DNA of 49,353 bases from an uncultured archaeon (GTDB lineage: Archaea; Nanobdellota; Nanobdellia; Woesearchaeales; CAIVOO01), in contig CAIVOO010000080.1 of NCBI GenBank assembly GCA_903907555.1, positions 1-49,353 on the forward strand, given 5' to 3'. Every line of letters starts with the position of its first letter. Within the stretch, counting starts at the first letter, position 1. Both the position numbers and the translations under genes were made by a program. The notes under the pieces were generated by a model. The model saw only the letters and a list, made by a program, of their open reading frames with translations. It was not told where the DNA came from and searched no databases. This document shows positions 6,357 to 14,924 of this stretch, one piece after another.

Positions 6357-7592
6357 ATGTTTAGCAAAAGAGGGGATTCGCAGGTAGATTGGGCTATTTC
6401 TATGAGTATTTTCATACTTGCGCTTGCCTTGTTTGTGATATATGTCAAGCCGATGCTGAATCAGGAGCAGCAGCCAGACTATTTTACTATCTTAATGGAT
6501 AAAATTGATCAAGAGCTCTACTGGCAGGTTGATGATTATCCGATAATAATACAGTCAGATTACAACCTTTCAAATGAGCCAATCTCAGTAGAATATCCTC
6601 TGACTTACAACAAATCTTATATTTTAATGCCTGAGAAATCATTTTTAGTTGACAATAATCTTTGGTTTGTTGCTGATTTGAACAATGGCAGCACAAGGTT
6701 TGATTTGATACATTCAGGAAGCCCTTATGCAGAGTTTGAGGAAGACAATGATTTATTCACTGATAACGAATCTGCAACCACATCAGAATTTACTGTCAAA
6801 TTCTTAAATTATGTTCCAAGTAAATTATCTTACAAAGAAGAGGCAGTGTCAGATTTAAGAATAATGTTCGATGGTGCAGAACCGTCAAAAAATTCATCTT
6901 ACGATAGAAGTGCAACTGTCGCAAGATACGAATCTGTCGATGAAGAACTCGGGCAAATCCAAACATATGTTTTCTCCGGCAGCAGCAGGATTTACTCCTA
7001 TATCACGCCAACTTTTGAAAGAGAAATATCTTTTGAAATGGTTCTCCATAATTTTTCAGATTACTATATCGACAATCTGGACAATTCACAAATAACATAT
7101 CCTGATTTTTGCGTTGAAAAAACAAACAGCCTGATAAGCTTTTCAGATTCTGGCTTGACATTATTGTTCGCTTTCGACAGGAATGCAACGTTTTCATTCT
7201 GCACAGACAACCGTTCGATAAATTTCAATATCAACCTGACAGCTGACAATCTTACTTTATTTAAGCTGTTCTTGATTGATGGGCAGGCGACATCTTTCAA
7301 TAAATATCTGAACCCTTACACTGCAAAATTTGGTTTTAATGAGAAATTATCAGGATTATCGCTAGACAAAATTACAACATTATCAAACCTTTCTTACAGC
7401 AAAATAAAGCAGGACTGGGGTGCAGGGGATTTCAAGATAACAGTATATGATTGGAACAGCACAAGCCTGCTTTCATTCGGGCAGAACCCGTACACTGCAG
7501 CAACAGTCTATTCAAAAGACTTAGTTACAAATGTTTTATTTTCGAACGGAACTTCAGAAAAAGGAACTTTGAATGTGAGGGCATGGTCATGA
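6357..7592 (+). CDS. Secreted or surface protein with a pilin-like (class III) N-terminal signal
   Basis: MFSKRGDSQVDWAISMSIFILALALFVIYV has a basic residue-Gly followed by a hydrophobic helix. The rest is Asn/Ser/Thr-rich and non-globular-looking. Confidence 0.65.
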   Translation: MFSKRGDSQVDWAISMSIFILALALFVIYVKPMLNQEQQPDYFTILMDKIDQELYWQVDDYPIIIQSDYNLSNEPISVEYPLTYNKSYILMPEKSFLVDNNLWFVADLNNGSTRFDLIHSGSPYAEFEEDNDLFTDNESATTSEFTVKFLNYVPSKLSYKEEAVSDLRIMFDGAEPSKNSSYDRSATVARYESVDEELGQIQTYVFSGSSRIYSYITPTFEREISFEMVLHNFSDYYIDNLDNSQITYPDFCVEKTNSLISFSDSGLTLLFAFDRNATFSFCTDNRSINFNINLTADNLTLFKLFLIDGQATSFNKYLNPYTAKFGFNEKLSGLSLDKITTLSNLSYSKIKQDWGAGDFKITVYDWNSTSLLSFGQNPYTAATVYSKDLVTNVLFSNGTSEKGTLNVRAWS

Positions 7593-7957
7593 AGAAAGCT
7601 TATGTCAGGACATTGGAAGCTGGGATAGCTGCATTCATAACATTCCTCTTCATAACAATGGTTCTTCCCAAATACGCTCCGTTGACTGAAAAAGCATACG
7701 ACCCGATGATGAACAGCTATGAAGGAAATCCTGATTTCAGGAATTGTGCAATAGACTATAATGTAAGCTGCCTTCAGTCAATTTTCAGGATTTCAGTACC
7801 TCAAAGCATGGAGCTTATTGTTGACATATCAGAAAATCCAAACACGATAAGAGCCAACCTTCCAACGAAAAGAATAAATACTGACTCGCTATTTATACAA
7901 GGTAACTCGACAGATTATGCTCCGAGGATGGTAAAGATTTATGATTATAAGAGGTGA
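7589..7957 (+). CDS. Small pilin-like protein
   Basis: ATGA start/stop overlap with the upstream gene. N-terminus MKKAYVRTLEAGIAAFITFLFITMVL. The track ORF start at 7451 lies inside the upstream gene. Confidence 0.55.
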   Translation: MKKAYVRTLEAGIAAFITFLFITMVLPKYAPLTEKAYDPMMNSYEGNPDFRNCAIDYNVSCLQSIFRISVPQSMELIVDISENPNTIRANLPTKRINTDSLFIQGNSTDYAPRMVKIYDYKR

Positions 7958-7960
7958 AGT

Positions 7961-8227
7961 ATGATCATTACAATAAATACGAAAGAGGACAGCAAGGATG
8001 AAATCAGGAAAATCATCAGCATGCTGCAAAATCTTCTGAACGAGCCAGGAATTGTTGATAGTTCTGCAAGCGGGCTGCCTTCATCCCCTGGAATATTTGG
8101 GCTGTTTGACAATCCTGCTCCTGCAACCAACGACAGTTCATCTCAGCAATCGCCTGTTTTTCCTGAAACAGCAAAGGAAGAAAAGGAAGATGACATAATG
8201 GACCATATAGAGATTTATGAATACTAA
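7961..8227 (+). CDS. Hypothetical acidic protein
   Basis: ORF in the operon context; it begins 4 nt after the previous stop. Confidence 0.5.
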   Translation: MIITINTKEDSKDEIRKIISMLQNLLNEPGIVDSSASGLPSSPGIFGLFDNPAPATNDSSSQQSPVFPETAKEEKEDDIMDHIEIYEY

Positions 8228-8693
8228 ACAGAAGATTGACAAGATAGAGAAGAATGTTGAATTGCTTGAAGAGAGGCTTCTCGAAAAAAAGCCTGACAGG
8301 TTTTCTGCAAAAGATATCTATATTGCATTCTTCGGGGCATTAGTTGTCGGATTTGCGTTCACATTCAACAGCCTGCTTATACAAGTTGTCAAGGCTCTCA
8401 CATGGAATCACGTGTACATTTTAATAGCAGCAACAGTTTTTATACTTTTATTACAGATTTATTTCATAGGATACCTGAGAGTCAAAGGAGATCCTGGCAG
8501 AAATTTATTTGAGTTTACGGCCAAGAGGCTTCCGACATTCTATTTGATATCGCTGTTTGTGGCTGCTTTGCTAATTTATATTTACGGCCTGAACCAGTTT
8601 TTGACAGACGGGGAATGGATTAAGGCACTGTTTGCCATATCACTGCCATGCGCAGCAGGAGCTGCTATCAGCGACCTGCTTAAGAAGTACTGA
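8217..8693 (+). CDS. Integral membrane protein
   Basis: Four predicted hydrophobic helices after a charged N-terminus. Overlaps the upstream gene by 11 nt. Confidence 0.6.
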   Translation: MNTKQKIDKIEKNVELLEERLLEKKPDRFSAKDIYIAFFGALVVGFAFTFNSLLIQVVKALTWNHVYILIAATVFILLLQIYFIGYLRVKGDPGRNLFEFTAKRLPTFYLISLFVAALLIYIYGLNQFLTDGEWIKALFAISLPCAAGAAISDLLKKY

Positions 8694-8695
8694 TT

Positions 8696-9106
8696 ATGAA
8701 ATACGAATTTTTTGAACACACTGCAGACGCCAAATTCAGGGCTTATGGGAAGAATCTTGAGGAATGCTTCTCCAATGCAGCTGAAGCCATGATTTCAATA
8801 ATGATTAAGCCTGAAACTGTTGAGCCGAAGATAACAAAGAATATCTCAGTCAATGGAACTGATTTGAAATCATTGCTTTACAATTTTCTAGAAGAGCTTC
8901 TTTTCCTGATAGATGCAGAATTTTTTATCATGCACAGGGTTGCAAGCATAAAGATTAATCCTATGGGCAAGAAGTATATGCTTAACGCAACCATTGAGGG
9001 AGACAAGTTGTCAGAAAAATACTCGACAACAGGCGATGTGAAAGCAGTGACATACAATGAAATGGAAGTAAAAGAGAATTATGTCCAGGTAGTTGTGGAT
9101 ATCTGA
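8696..9106 (+). CDS. Archease (RtcB activator)
   Basis: N-terminal FEHTADAKFRAYG motif and a size of 136 aa. It lies near rtcB. Confidence 0.85.
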   Translation: MKYEFFEHTADAKFRAYGKNLEECFSNAAEAMISIMIKPETVEPKITKNISVNGTDLKSLLYNFLEELLFLIDAEFFIMHRVASIKINPMGKKYMLNATIEGDKLSEKYSTTGDVKAVTYNEMEVKENYVQVVVDI

Positions 9107-9331
9107 TTATTTCGCCTTCTCTGTAACATCGTCCACGTGCCCGCATCTTCCGCATTTGTATTTCATTATGTTGTCTTCATCTGAATAGTTTATTCCCTGT
9201 TCAATCAATTCTGCCTTGTCATATCCGCACTTAGGGCATCTGTGGTCGTATGTGGCCATGCTGTGTTCATGATGCACTACCTTAATCTCTTCTTTTTCCT
9301 TAATTTTTTCGCTGAATACTTTACGTTCCAT
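9107..9331 (-). CDS. Zinc-ribbon protein resembling the TFS/TFIIS C-terminal ribbon
   Basis: CPKCGYDKAEL...YSDEDNIMKYKCGRCGH parallels CPECRHEKAYF...ASDEPETRFFRCEKCRH of the bona fide TFS at 31921. Confidence 0.55.
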   Translation of the reverse strand: MERKVFSEKIKEKEEIKVVHHEHSMATYDHRCPKCGYDKAELIEQGINYSDEDNIMKYKCGRCGHVDDVTEKAK

Positions 9332-9385
9332 ATACAGATTAGATTTTAGAGAAGTTTTAAATATGTTGCCATATAAAAATGGTAT

Positions 9386-10813
9386 ATGGATATAGAACTG
9401 AAGAAATTAAGCAACATAACATGGCAGATTCCCAAATCAGGCGAGATGAAAGTGCCTGCAGTAGTTTTCGCTTCTGAAAAGCTTCTTGAAAAAATAAAGC
9501 AGGATGATACTTTGAAACAGCTTAGGAATGTTGCCTGCCTGAAAGGAATACTGAAACAGGCGATGGTGATGCCTGACGCGCATCAAGGATATGGTTTCCC
9601 GATTGGCGGAGTTGCTGCTTTCGACATGCAGGACGGAGTAATTAGCCCAGGCGGTGTTGGTTATGATATAAATTGCGGTGTCCGTCTTCTTAGAACAGAC
9701 TGGAACTTCAGCCAGGTGATGGACAAGAGAAAAGATTTGCTTAATGAAATCTACAAAGAAGTTCCTGTCGGCGTAGGAAAGGGTGGAATAACAAAATTAT
9801 CGCGTGATATTTTAATGGAAATCCTGAAGAAAGGCTCAAAGTGGGCTTTGGAGCAGGGCTATGGAACAAAAGCAGATTTGGACAGAACTGAAGAAAATGG
9901 TTCTATGTCAGATGCAGACCCTCATACTGTATCTGCTAGAGCATTAGCTCGAGGCATGCCTCAGCTTGGAACTCTTGGCTCTGGAAATCATTTTGTAGAA
10001 ATACAGAAAGTTGACAGGATTTACAATCCAGAAATCGCGAAAGCTTTCGGGATAGATAGAGAAGGCCAGGTAATGGTAATGATACACTGCGGCTCACGAG
10101 GATTGGGACACCAGATAGCTTCTGATTACATCAAAGAGATGGAAGACAAATATGGATTTGCTCACCTGCCTGACAGGGAATTGGTGAATGCTCCTATACA
10201 ATCTGAATTAGGCGAGAAATATTACAAGGCGATGTGCTGCGCAATAAATTACGCTTTTGCGAACAGGCAGATGATAGAGCATTGGACAAGGGATGTCTTT
10301 GGAAAAGTTATGGGAACATTTGAAGGGATGAATCAAGTTTATGATGTCTGTCACAATTTAGCAAAGTATGAAAAGCATGAGATTGACGGAGAAATAAGAA
10401 AAGTTTGCATACACAGGAAGGGTGCAACAAGAAGCTTCGGCCCTGGAAGAGAGGAAATACCAGAAGTTTACAGGAAGATAGGACAGCCTGTCCTGATACC
10501 TGGTTCTATGGGAACGGCATCATATTTATTGGTTGGAACAAAAGAAGCAGAATTGGCAACATTCGGTTCTACAGCTCATGGCGCAGGAAGAGTTGAATCA
10601 AGAAGCAGGGCTTTGCACGAATTAAGAGGAGAAGATGTTGCCCGCGACTTAGAAGCGAAGAACATCACAATCAAGGGAGCATCCTGGAAAGGAATAGCAG
10701 AGGAAGCTCCTGAATGCTACAAAGATATTGATGAAGTAGTTCGCGTTAGCCACGAGGCAGGCATCGGAAAGATGGTTGCTAGACTAGTTCCGCTTGGTGT
10801 GCTGAAAGGATGA
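9386..10813 (+). CDS. rtcB: RNA-splicing ligase RtcB
   Basis: PDAHQGYGFPIGG, GSGNHFVEIQ and HCGSRGLGHQ motifs; 475 aa. Confidence 0.93.
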   Translation: MDIELKKLSNITWQIPKSGEMKVPAVVFASEKLLEKIKQDDTLKQLRNVACLKGILKQAMVMPDAHQGYGFPIGGVAAFDMQDGVISPGGVGYDINCGVRLLRTDWNFSQVMDKRKDLLNEIYKEVPVGVGKGGITKLSRDILMEILKKGSKWALEQGYGTKADLDRTEENGSMSDADPHTVSARALARGMPQLGTLGSGNHFVEIQKVDRIYNPEIAKAFGIDREGQVMVMIHCGSRGLGHQIASDYIKEMEDKYGFAHLPDRELVNAPIQSELGEKYYKAMCCAINYAFANRQMIEHWTRDVFGKVMGTFEGMNQVYDVCHNLAKYEKHEIDGEIRKVCIHRKGATRSFGPGREEIPEVYRKIGQPVLIPGSMGTASYLLVGTKEAELATFGSTAHGAGRVESRSRALHELRGEDVARDLEAKNITIKGASWKGIAEEAPECYKDIDEVVRVSHEAGIGKMVARLVPLGVLKG

Positions 10814-11049
10814 TTTCTGCGCAGGAAAAAGAACTTTTATGCATAATTGAAGATTCTGGCGAATTGAGTGATTTGGAATTCTTGAAAGTTTCCACAGGAG
10901 TTGAAATAGAAGAGCTTAAACCAATCTTGGAAAAGTTGGAGAAAGAAGAGTTCATATCAATAATAAAGAAACATGACAGATTTTATGGCGAAGATTTCTG
11001 GATGGTAAGTGTCACAGATAAATTCAAAGAGTCTTTGAAGGACGACTAA
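10810..11049 (+). CDS. Small putative winged-helix protein
   Basis: ATGA overlap with rtcB. 79 aa with a helical/wHTH-like composition. Confidence 0.45.
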   Translation: MISAQEKELLCIIEDSGELSDLEFLKVSTGVEIEELKPILEKLEKEEFISIIKKHDRFYGEDFWMVSVTDKFKESLKDD

Positions 11050-11593
11050 TTCTTTTCTTAACCCAATTTACAACATCAGGATAATAGCTGCTGGCGACAT
11101 AAACATACTTCTTCCTTTCTGCAGGATTCTTCATATCGCTTAATAACTTTTTTGGTGAGATAAATTTCACTTCTGAAACTTCTTCTTCCTGCAGTTTTAG
11201 TTTTGAGATATCACCATCGAATCTCAAAAGAAATATGGAGATATATCCTTTATTGAGGTATTTTTTCTTTGGAAGATGTGTAACTCTCTTTCTTATGACA
11301 AGACCTTCTAAATCCTCTTTTGTTACTTTTATTCCTAGCTCCTCCTCAAGCTCCCGAACAGCAGCATCATAAGGATGTTCCCTAAGAGCGACGTGTCCTG
11401 ATGCTGAACAATCCCATAATCCTGGAAAAGTATCTTTGATTTTTGCTCTTTTCTGAAGTAAGATATCTCCTTTAGAATTATAAATCCAGACATGCACCTC
11501 TTGGTGCCAATTTCCATTTATATGTGCCTCTTTCTTGTATTTTTTGCCAATTATCTGGCCTTCATCATCCAGAATATCAATTTCCTCATCCAT
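11024..11593 (-). CDS. NUDIX hydrolase
   Basis: Nudix box GHVALREHPYDAAVRELEEELGI. Confidence 0.8.
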   Translation of the reverse strand: MDEEIDILDDEGQIIGKKYKKEAHINGNWHQEVHVWIYNSKGDILLQKRAKIKDTFPGLWDCSASGHVALREHPYDAAVRELEEELGIKVTKEDLEGLVIRKRVTHLPKKKYLNKGYISIFLLRFDGDISKLKLQEEEVSEVKFISPKKLLSDMKNPAERKKYVYVASSYYPDVVNWVKKRISRPSKTL

Positions 11594-11865
11594 TACAATC
11601 CGAACGCATCTGTGAATTCTTTAATCTTTCTGTAATTGCTTAGAAATTCATGCCCTTGGTCTGTTAATGTGTAGAAACTCTTGTCCTTGTCATTGACTAA
11701 CAGCATAAGATTCTTTTCCATCAAGTCCTTTATGTAAAGCATCATCCTCTGATGCGATAAGTTTGATTTGTAAAGAAGATGGGTTGGCTTTATCTTTCCG
11801 CCCTTATCCTGAATGGCTTGGAGAATATCATGCACGATTTCCAGCTGGCTTCTTCTTTCACTCAT
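11593..11865 (-). CDS. Winged-helix transcriptional regulator (COG3432-like)
   Basis: MSERRSQLEIVHDILQAI...KPTHLLYKSNLSHQRMMLYIKDL pattern; 90 aa. Confidence 0.6.
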   Translation of the reverse strand: MSERRSQLEIVHDILQAIQDKGGKIKPTHLLYKSNLSHQRMMLYIKDLMEKNLMLLVNDKDKSFYTLTDQGHEFLSNYRKIKEFTDAFGL

Positions 11866-11872
11866 TTAACAC

Positions 11873-12541
11873 CTATTTTTTGAAACAATAAATTATTGCG
11901 ATTAGCAGGGACAGATAACCTAGCATGTGGATGCCTTCTGCAAGCGGGTCTATTCTGCCGTTATAATTTGCTATTATATAGAATACATGCGCTATCGTTT
12001 GCAGCAGGAACGAAAGGAAAACAAACAATGAAGCCATGTGCTTTTTCTTGTTGTAGTTTTCAAAGAACACAGATGTGATGAATCCAAGAATGATTATTGA
12101 TAGTATGTGAAGGAGAACTATTTCCTTGTATGCGAACAAAGCGAATAAGAACGTGAATACGCAGAACATGCTGACTAATCTTTTGTCATGCACCTTGAAA
12201 ACAAGCATCATCAAAGCCACATAAGCCAGCAATGTTGTCAGTACAAAACCTATCTGCCCAAAATCGATGACAGCAGCCGAGCGCATAGCCTCCATTATGC
12301 TTTCCCTTGCTTCAGAGCGGATTATCAATTCAGCAGCAATCTTGCTGATGAAAGATAAAGCGATGAATGCGAAAGACAATCCGAAAAAGAAGAATTTTCT
12401 ATCCTTGGTGAGCTTGTAAGCCTTGTAAGTTGCGCCTATGATTATTAAAGATATGACTAAAGAAATCATCTCAGGTACAGAGTTTATCGGGTTGAACCAT
12501 TCCGGCCCTAATAGAACTATTGCCATACAACTACTTCGCAA
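11873..12541 (-). CDS. Integral membrane protein
   Basis: About 7 hydrophobic segments. The true start may be the second Met (MAIVLL...). Confidence 0.65.
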   Translation of the reverse strand: MRSSCMAIVLLGPEWFNPINSVPEMISLVISLIIIGATYKAYKLTKDRKFFFFGLSFAFIALSFISKIAAELIIRSEARESIMEAMRSAAVIDFGQIGFVLTTLLAYVALMMLVFKVHDKRLVSMFCVFTFLFALFAYKEIVLLHILSIIILGFITSVFFENYNKKKHMASLFVFLSFLLQTIAHVFYIIANYNGRIDPLAEGIHMLGYLSLLIAIIYCFKK

Positions 12542-12623
12542 AATTCATTTATAAGCTTTGTGGATTTGGCTTCTCTATCAGCCCTTCATAACGCATTAAT
12601 AAACCCTCTGCCTAGCTAGGTAT

Positions 12624-12790
12624 ACACTCATCCAAACACTTCCCCTACCTCGCACTTGATGCGGGGACGGGATTTATGTTCATCGAAAACACCTCACCCC
12701 AGTCCTTGCAAAAGGCTGGGATTATACTCATCCAAAACACCTCCCCTGAACTCGCGCAAGCGAGGGAGAGGATTTTCTTTTTTTTATTTT
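12624..12790 (+). ncRNA. Candidate structured RNA: three tandem ~50-nt units (conserved 5' box plus hairpin) ending in a T-run
   Basis: Units 12626-12677, 12678-12725 and 12726-12773 share (A/G)(C/T)TCATC(C/G)AAA(A)CAC(C/T)TC. Each is followed by a different but self-complementary hairpin, two with GCAA loops. ATTAATAAA lies ~27 nt upstream and ttttcttttttttttatttt follows. The strand is uncertain. Confidence 0.45.
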
Positions 12791-12848
12791 CAGCTGAGAT
12801 TGAATAAAACAACACAAGGGGTGATCAAAATGTAATATCCGCGGGTCT

Positions 12849-12868
12849 GAAATGGCCCGCCATTTCAT
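12849..12868 (-). terminator. Hairpin after the 12882..13217 gene
   Basis: gaaatggc-cc-gccatttc inverted repeat lying 14 nt beyond the stop codon. Confidence 0.3.
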
Positions 12869-12881
12869 CTATTCTTTAGAA

Positions 12882-13217
12882 CTAATATCCTCTTCGCCAT
12901 CTTTTGCCAATTGCTTCCAACCTTATATCCTCTTCTTCTGGAGTTAATGGCCTGAACTCTTCACCATTAATATCTTTATACATTTCATATAATTCCTTCA
13001 GAGGAACCCTGTAAATTGCATTCTTATATCGCGGATTTTCTGGATTGAAGTTTGCAACTCTTTCATTATGTATAACAATAACCAACCTACTTTTTTCAAT
13101 TTTCTTTTCAGTAGCATCTGTTAAAAGTCTTTCAAGAACGTCATGTTGAATTTCGCCGTTAGGCCATTCGAGCATCTCGTCAGAACCTTCCAGTCTTATT
13201 GCACGTTTAGTCGCCAT
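12882..13217 (-). CDS. Hypothetical protein
   Basis: 111-aa ORF with coding-like composition and no recognised motif. Confidence 0.55.
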   Translation of the reverse strand: MATKRAIRLEGSDEMLEWPNGEIQHDVLERLLTDATEKKIEKSRLVIVIHNERVANFNPENPRYKNAIYRVPLKELYEMYKDINGEEFRPLTPEEEDIRLEAIGKRWRRGY

Positions 13218-13267
13218 AACTCTTTGAAGAAATTCTCTGATTTTTATAGAATACTATATATTGAGTT

Positions 13268-13873
13268 TTACAAGTCAATTATCTTGAACTGCCTACTGAC
13301 GTTTATTACTTTCGTCTTTCCTATCTGCTCTTCTATGCCTGCTGCTTCGTGCACGTGGCTGCAGAGTACAATGTCTGGGTGGAATGCATCTATAGCTTTC
13401 CTTAAACCTGCATTTCCTGGGACTATGTTTGAGAAGTTTTCCATCATTGAGCCTGTCGGATGGTTGTGCGTAATGAGAACTTTCAATTTCGCACCTTTGA
13501 TTCTCTCGTGGCCTTTCTTCAGCAGTTCATAAGTGTCTTTGTCAGAAACATTGAAGATCGGCCCTATATTTGCGCCTCCTGCTCCGAAGAATCCTATGTC
13601 TCCATACTTGATTCCATAGCCGTGCATGTTTCTCATGTCATACGCTTCTGCAAGAAAGTCTGCTGTGGCTGGAGAATCGTGATTTCCAGGTATCAAAAAA
13701 ACTTTTTTCCCTCTTTTGGCGAAATGCCCAAGAATATTTTCAGAGCTCTGCTCTGCATAAGTCAAATCTCCTGTAAGTATGACTAAGTCAACATTTTCTT
13801 TCACGGCAGTCTCTGCAAGTCTCTTTGCGAGAGAACTGTCTCCATGTATGTCGCCTGATGCTAGGATTCTCAT
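13268..13873 (-). CDS. Metallophosphoesterase (calcineurin-like)
   Basis: SGDIHGD, LTGDLT and IPGNHD motifs, with a later THNHP. Confidence 0.85.
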   Translation of the reverse strand: MRILASGDIHGDSSLAKRLAETAVKENVDLVILTGDLTYAEQSSENILGHFAKRGKKVFLIPGNHDSPATADFLAEAYDMRNMHGYGIKYGDIGFFGAGGANIGPIFNVSDKDTYELLKKGHERIKGAKLKVLITHNHPTGSMMENFSNIVPGNAGLRKAIDAFHPDIVLCSHVHEAAGIEEQIGKTKVINVSRQFKIIDL

Positions 13874-13879
13874 GATTGT

Positions 13880-14392
13880 CTATAAATGCAAATACTTTTT
13901 AATTGTTGCTATAATACCTTTTGGCTCTTGACTTTCTTCTGTCTTTTTATCTTTCATTAAATCTGCAACTCTGTATGTTCCTGTTGTTGTTCTGAACTGA
14001 ACGTCTTCTCTTGGCGGAAGATCTTCAAGTAATTTTTTTGTTACTTCATCTATTGTTTTGCAGGGTCGCATTCCAGAAACCCTGGCTTGAGAAGAAATCT
14101 CTTCGCTTTGCGTCATTAGATATACAATTGTTTCTTTACCAGTCACCATTTGTATGTGTTCTGCTAATCTGAAACCATTGCCATCTTTTATTCTCGAATC
14201 CTGCGATATCTTGTCATTTACTACATAGAAGCCTGTTTCCAGCCTAGAAAGTTGATTCCATGCTTGTTCAGGTGTTAGAATCTGCAGGGGGAAATCAGCT
14301 CTTCCTAATTTGCTTAATTGCTTCATATTTTCAACAAGAGTCTGCCTGTATTCGGCATCATTCTTCTTGTCGATGTATATTATGCTTCCCAT
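13880..14392 (-). CDS. Hypothetical protein
   Basis: 170-aa ORF lying 6 nt upstream of the phosphoesterase gene. Confidence 0.55.
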   Translation of the reverse strand: MGSIIYIDKKNDAEYRQTLVENMKQLSKLGRADFPLQILTPEQAWNQLSRLETGFYVVNDKISQDSRIKDGNGFRLAEHIQMVTGKETIVYLMTQSEEISSQARVSGMRPCKTIDEVTKKLLEDLPPREDVQFRTTTGTYRVADLMKDKKTEESQEPKGIIATIKKYLHL

Positions 14393-14573
14393 ACATTATC
14401 CTGAATATTACTCCTATATAAATGTTTCGTTTATTTACTACTGTAAGGTGACATAGTTATTGTCCCTGAATCATACGACATCTTGCCTTAATTCACCACA
14501 ACCCACTGGACATTGCTCGAAATGGCGTATTTAAACGACTTCTGCCTAATTGAATATGAAAGAGGTGATTGGT

Positions 14574-14702
14574 ATGAAAATGACAGTATATGATGCGAGA
14601 AAAGAGGTGTTTGGCGTTGGAGAGATATCCCCGAAATTCCAGAGCAAGATACATGAGCTATTTTATCAGCAAACGAAAGCAGTGACAATGGGCAGGAGGT
14701 AA
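14574..14702 (+). CDS. Micro-ORF (42 aa) with a strong SD
   Basis: AGAGGTGATTGGT precedes ATG 14574. Below the track's size cut-off. Its stop TAA sits 1 nt before the next ATG. Confidence 0.4.
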   Translation: MKMTVYDARKEVFGVGEISPKFQSKIHELFYQQTKAVTMGRR

Positions 14703-14703
14703 A

Positions 14704-14847
14704 ATGGCGATAAGTATAGAAAAGATTGGAAACTACGACTTTTACTCAATTGATGGAATAGAAAGAGACAGCGATGACGACGAGATAGACTTCCTGGAAG
14801 AGGGATTCATGAAAGGCTATCTGGAGGCAGACAATATAGACCGCTAG
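14704..14847 (+). CDS. Micro-ORF (47 aa), acidic
   Basis: GGAGGTAAA precedes ATG 14704. The sequence is MAISIEKIGNYDFYSIDGIERDSDDDEIDFLEEGFMKGYLEADNIDR. Confidence 0.45.
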   Translation: MAISIEKIGNYDFYSIDGIERDSDDDEIDFLEEGFMKGYLEADNIDR

Positions 14848-14924
14848 TATGATTTGTTGGGGGTTAATTTTTTTAATTTATAACAAAAGCAAGTTTTATA
14901 AATTTCAATACAAACATTTTCTAA

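Noticed and set aside
12645-12731. Minus-strand mini-ORFs (28 and 11 codons) starting at the SD-ATG of the repeat units
   Set aside because: The unit lengths (52 and 48 nt) are not consistently multiples of three, and the peptides run through hairpin arms. The reading frames look incidental, so this is kept only as the alternative strand interpretation in the finding.
12626-12780. The tandem repeats considered as a small CRISPR array
   Set aside because: The conserved boxes are not identical between units. There are only three units, each ~50 nt long. The variable parts are self-complementary hairpins rather than unique spacers, and no cas genes are present.
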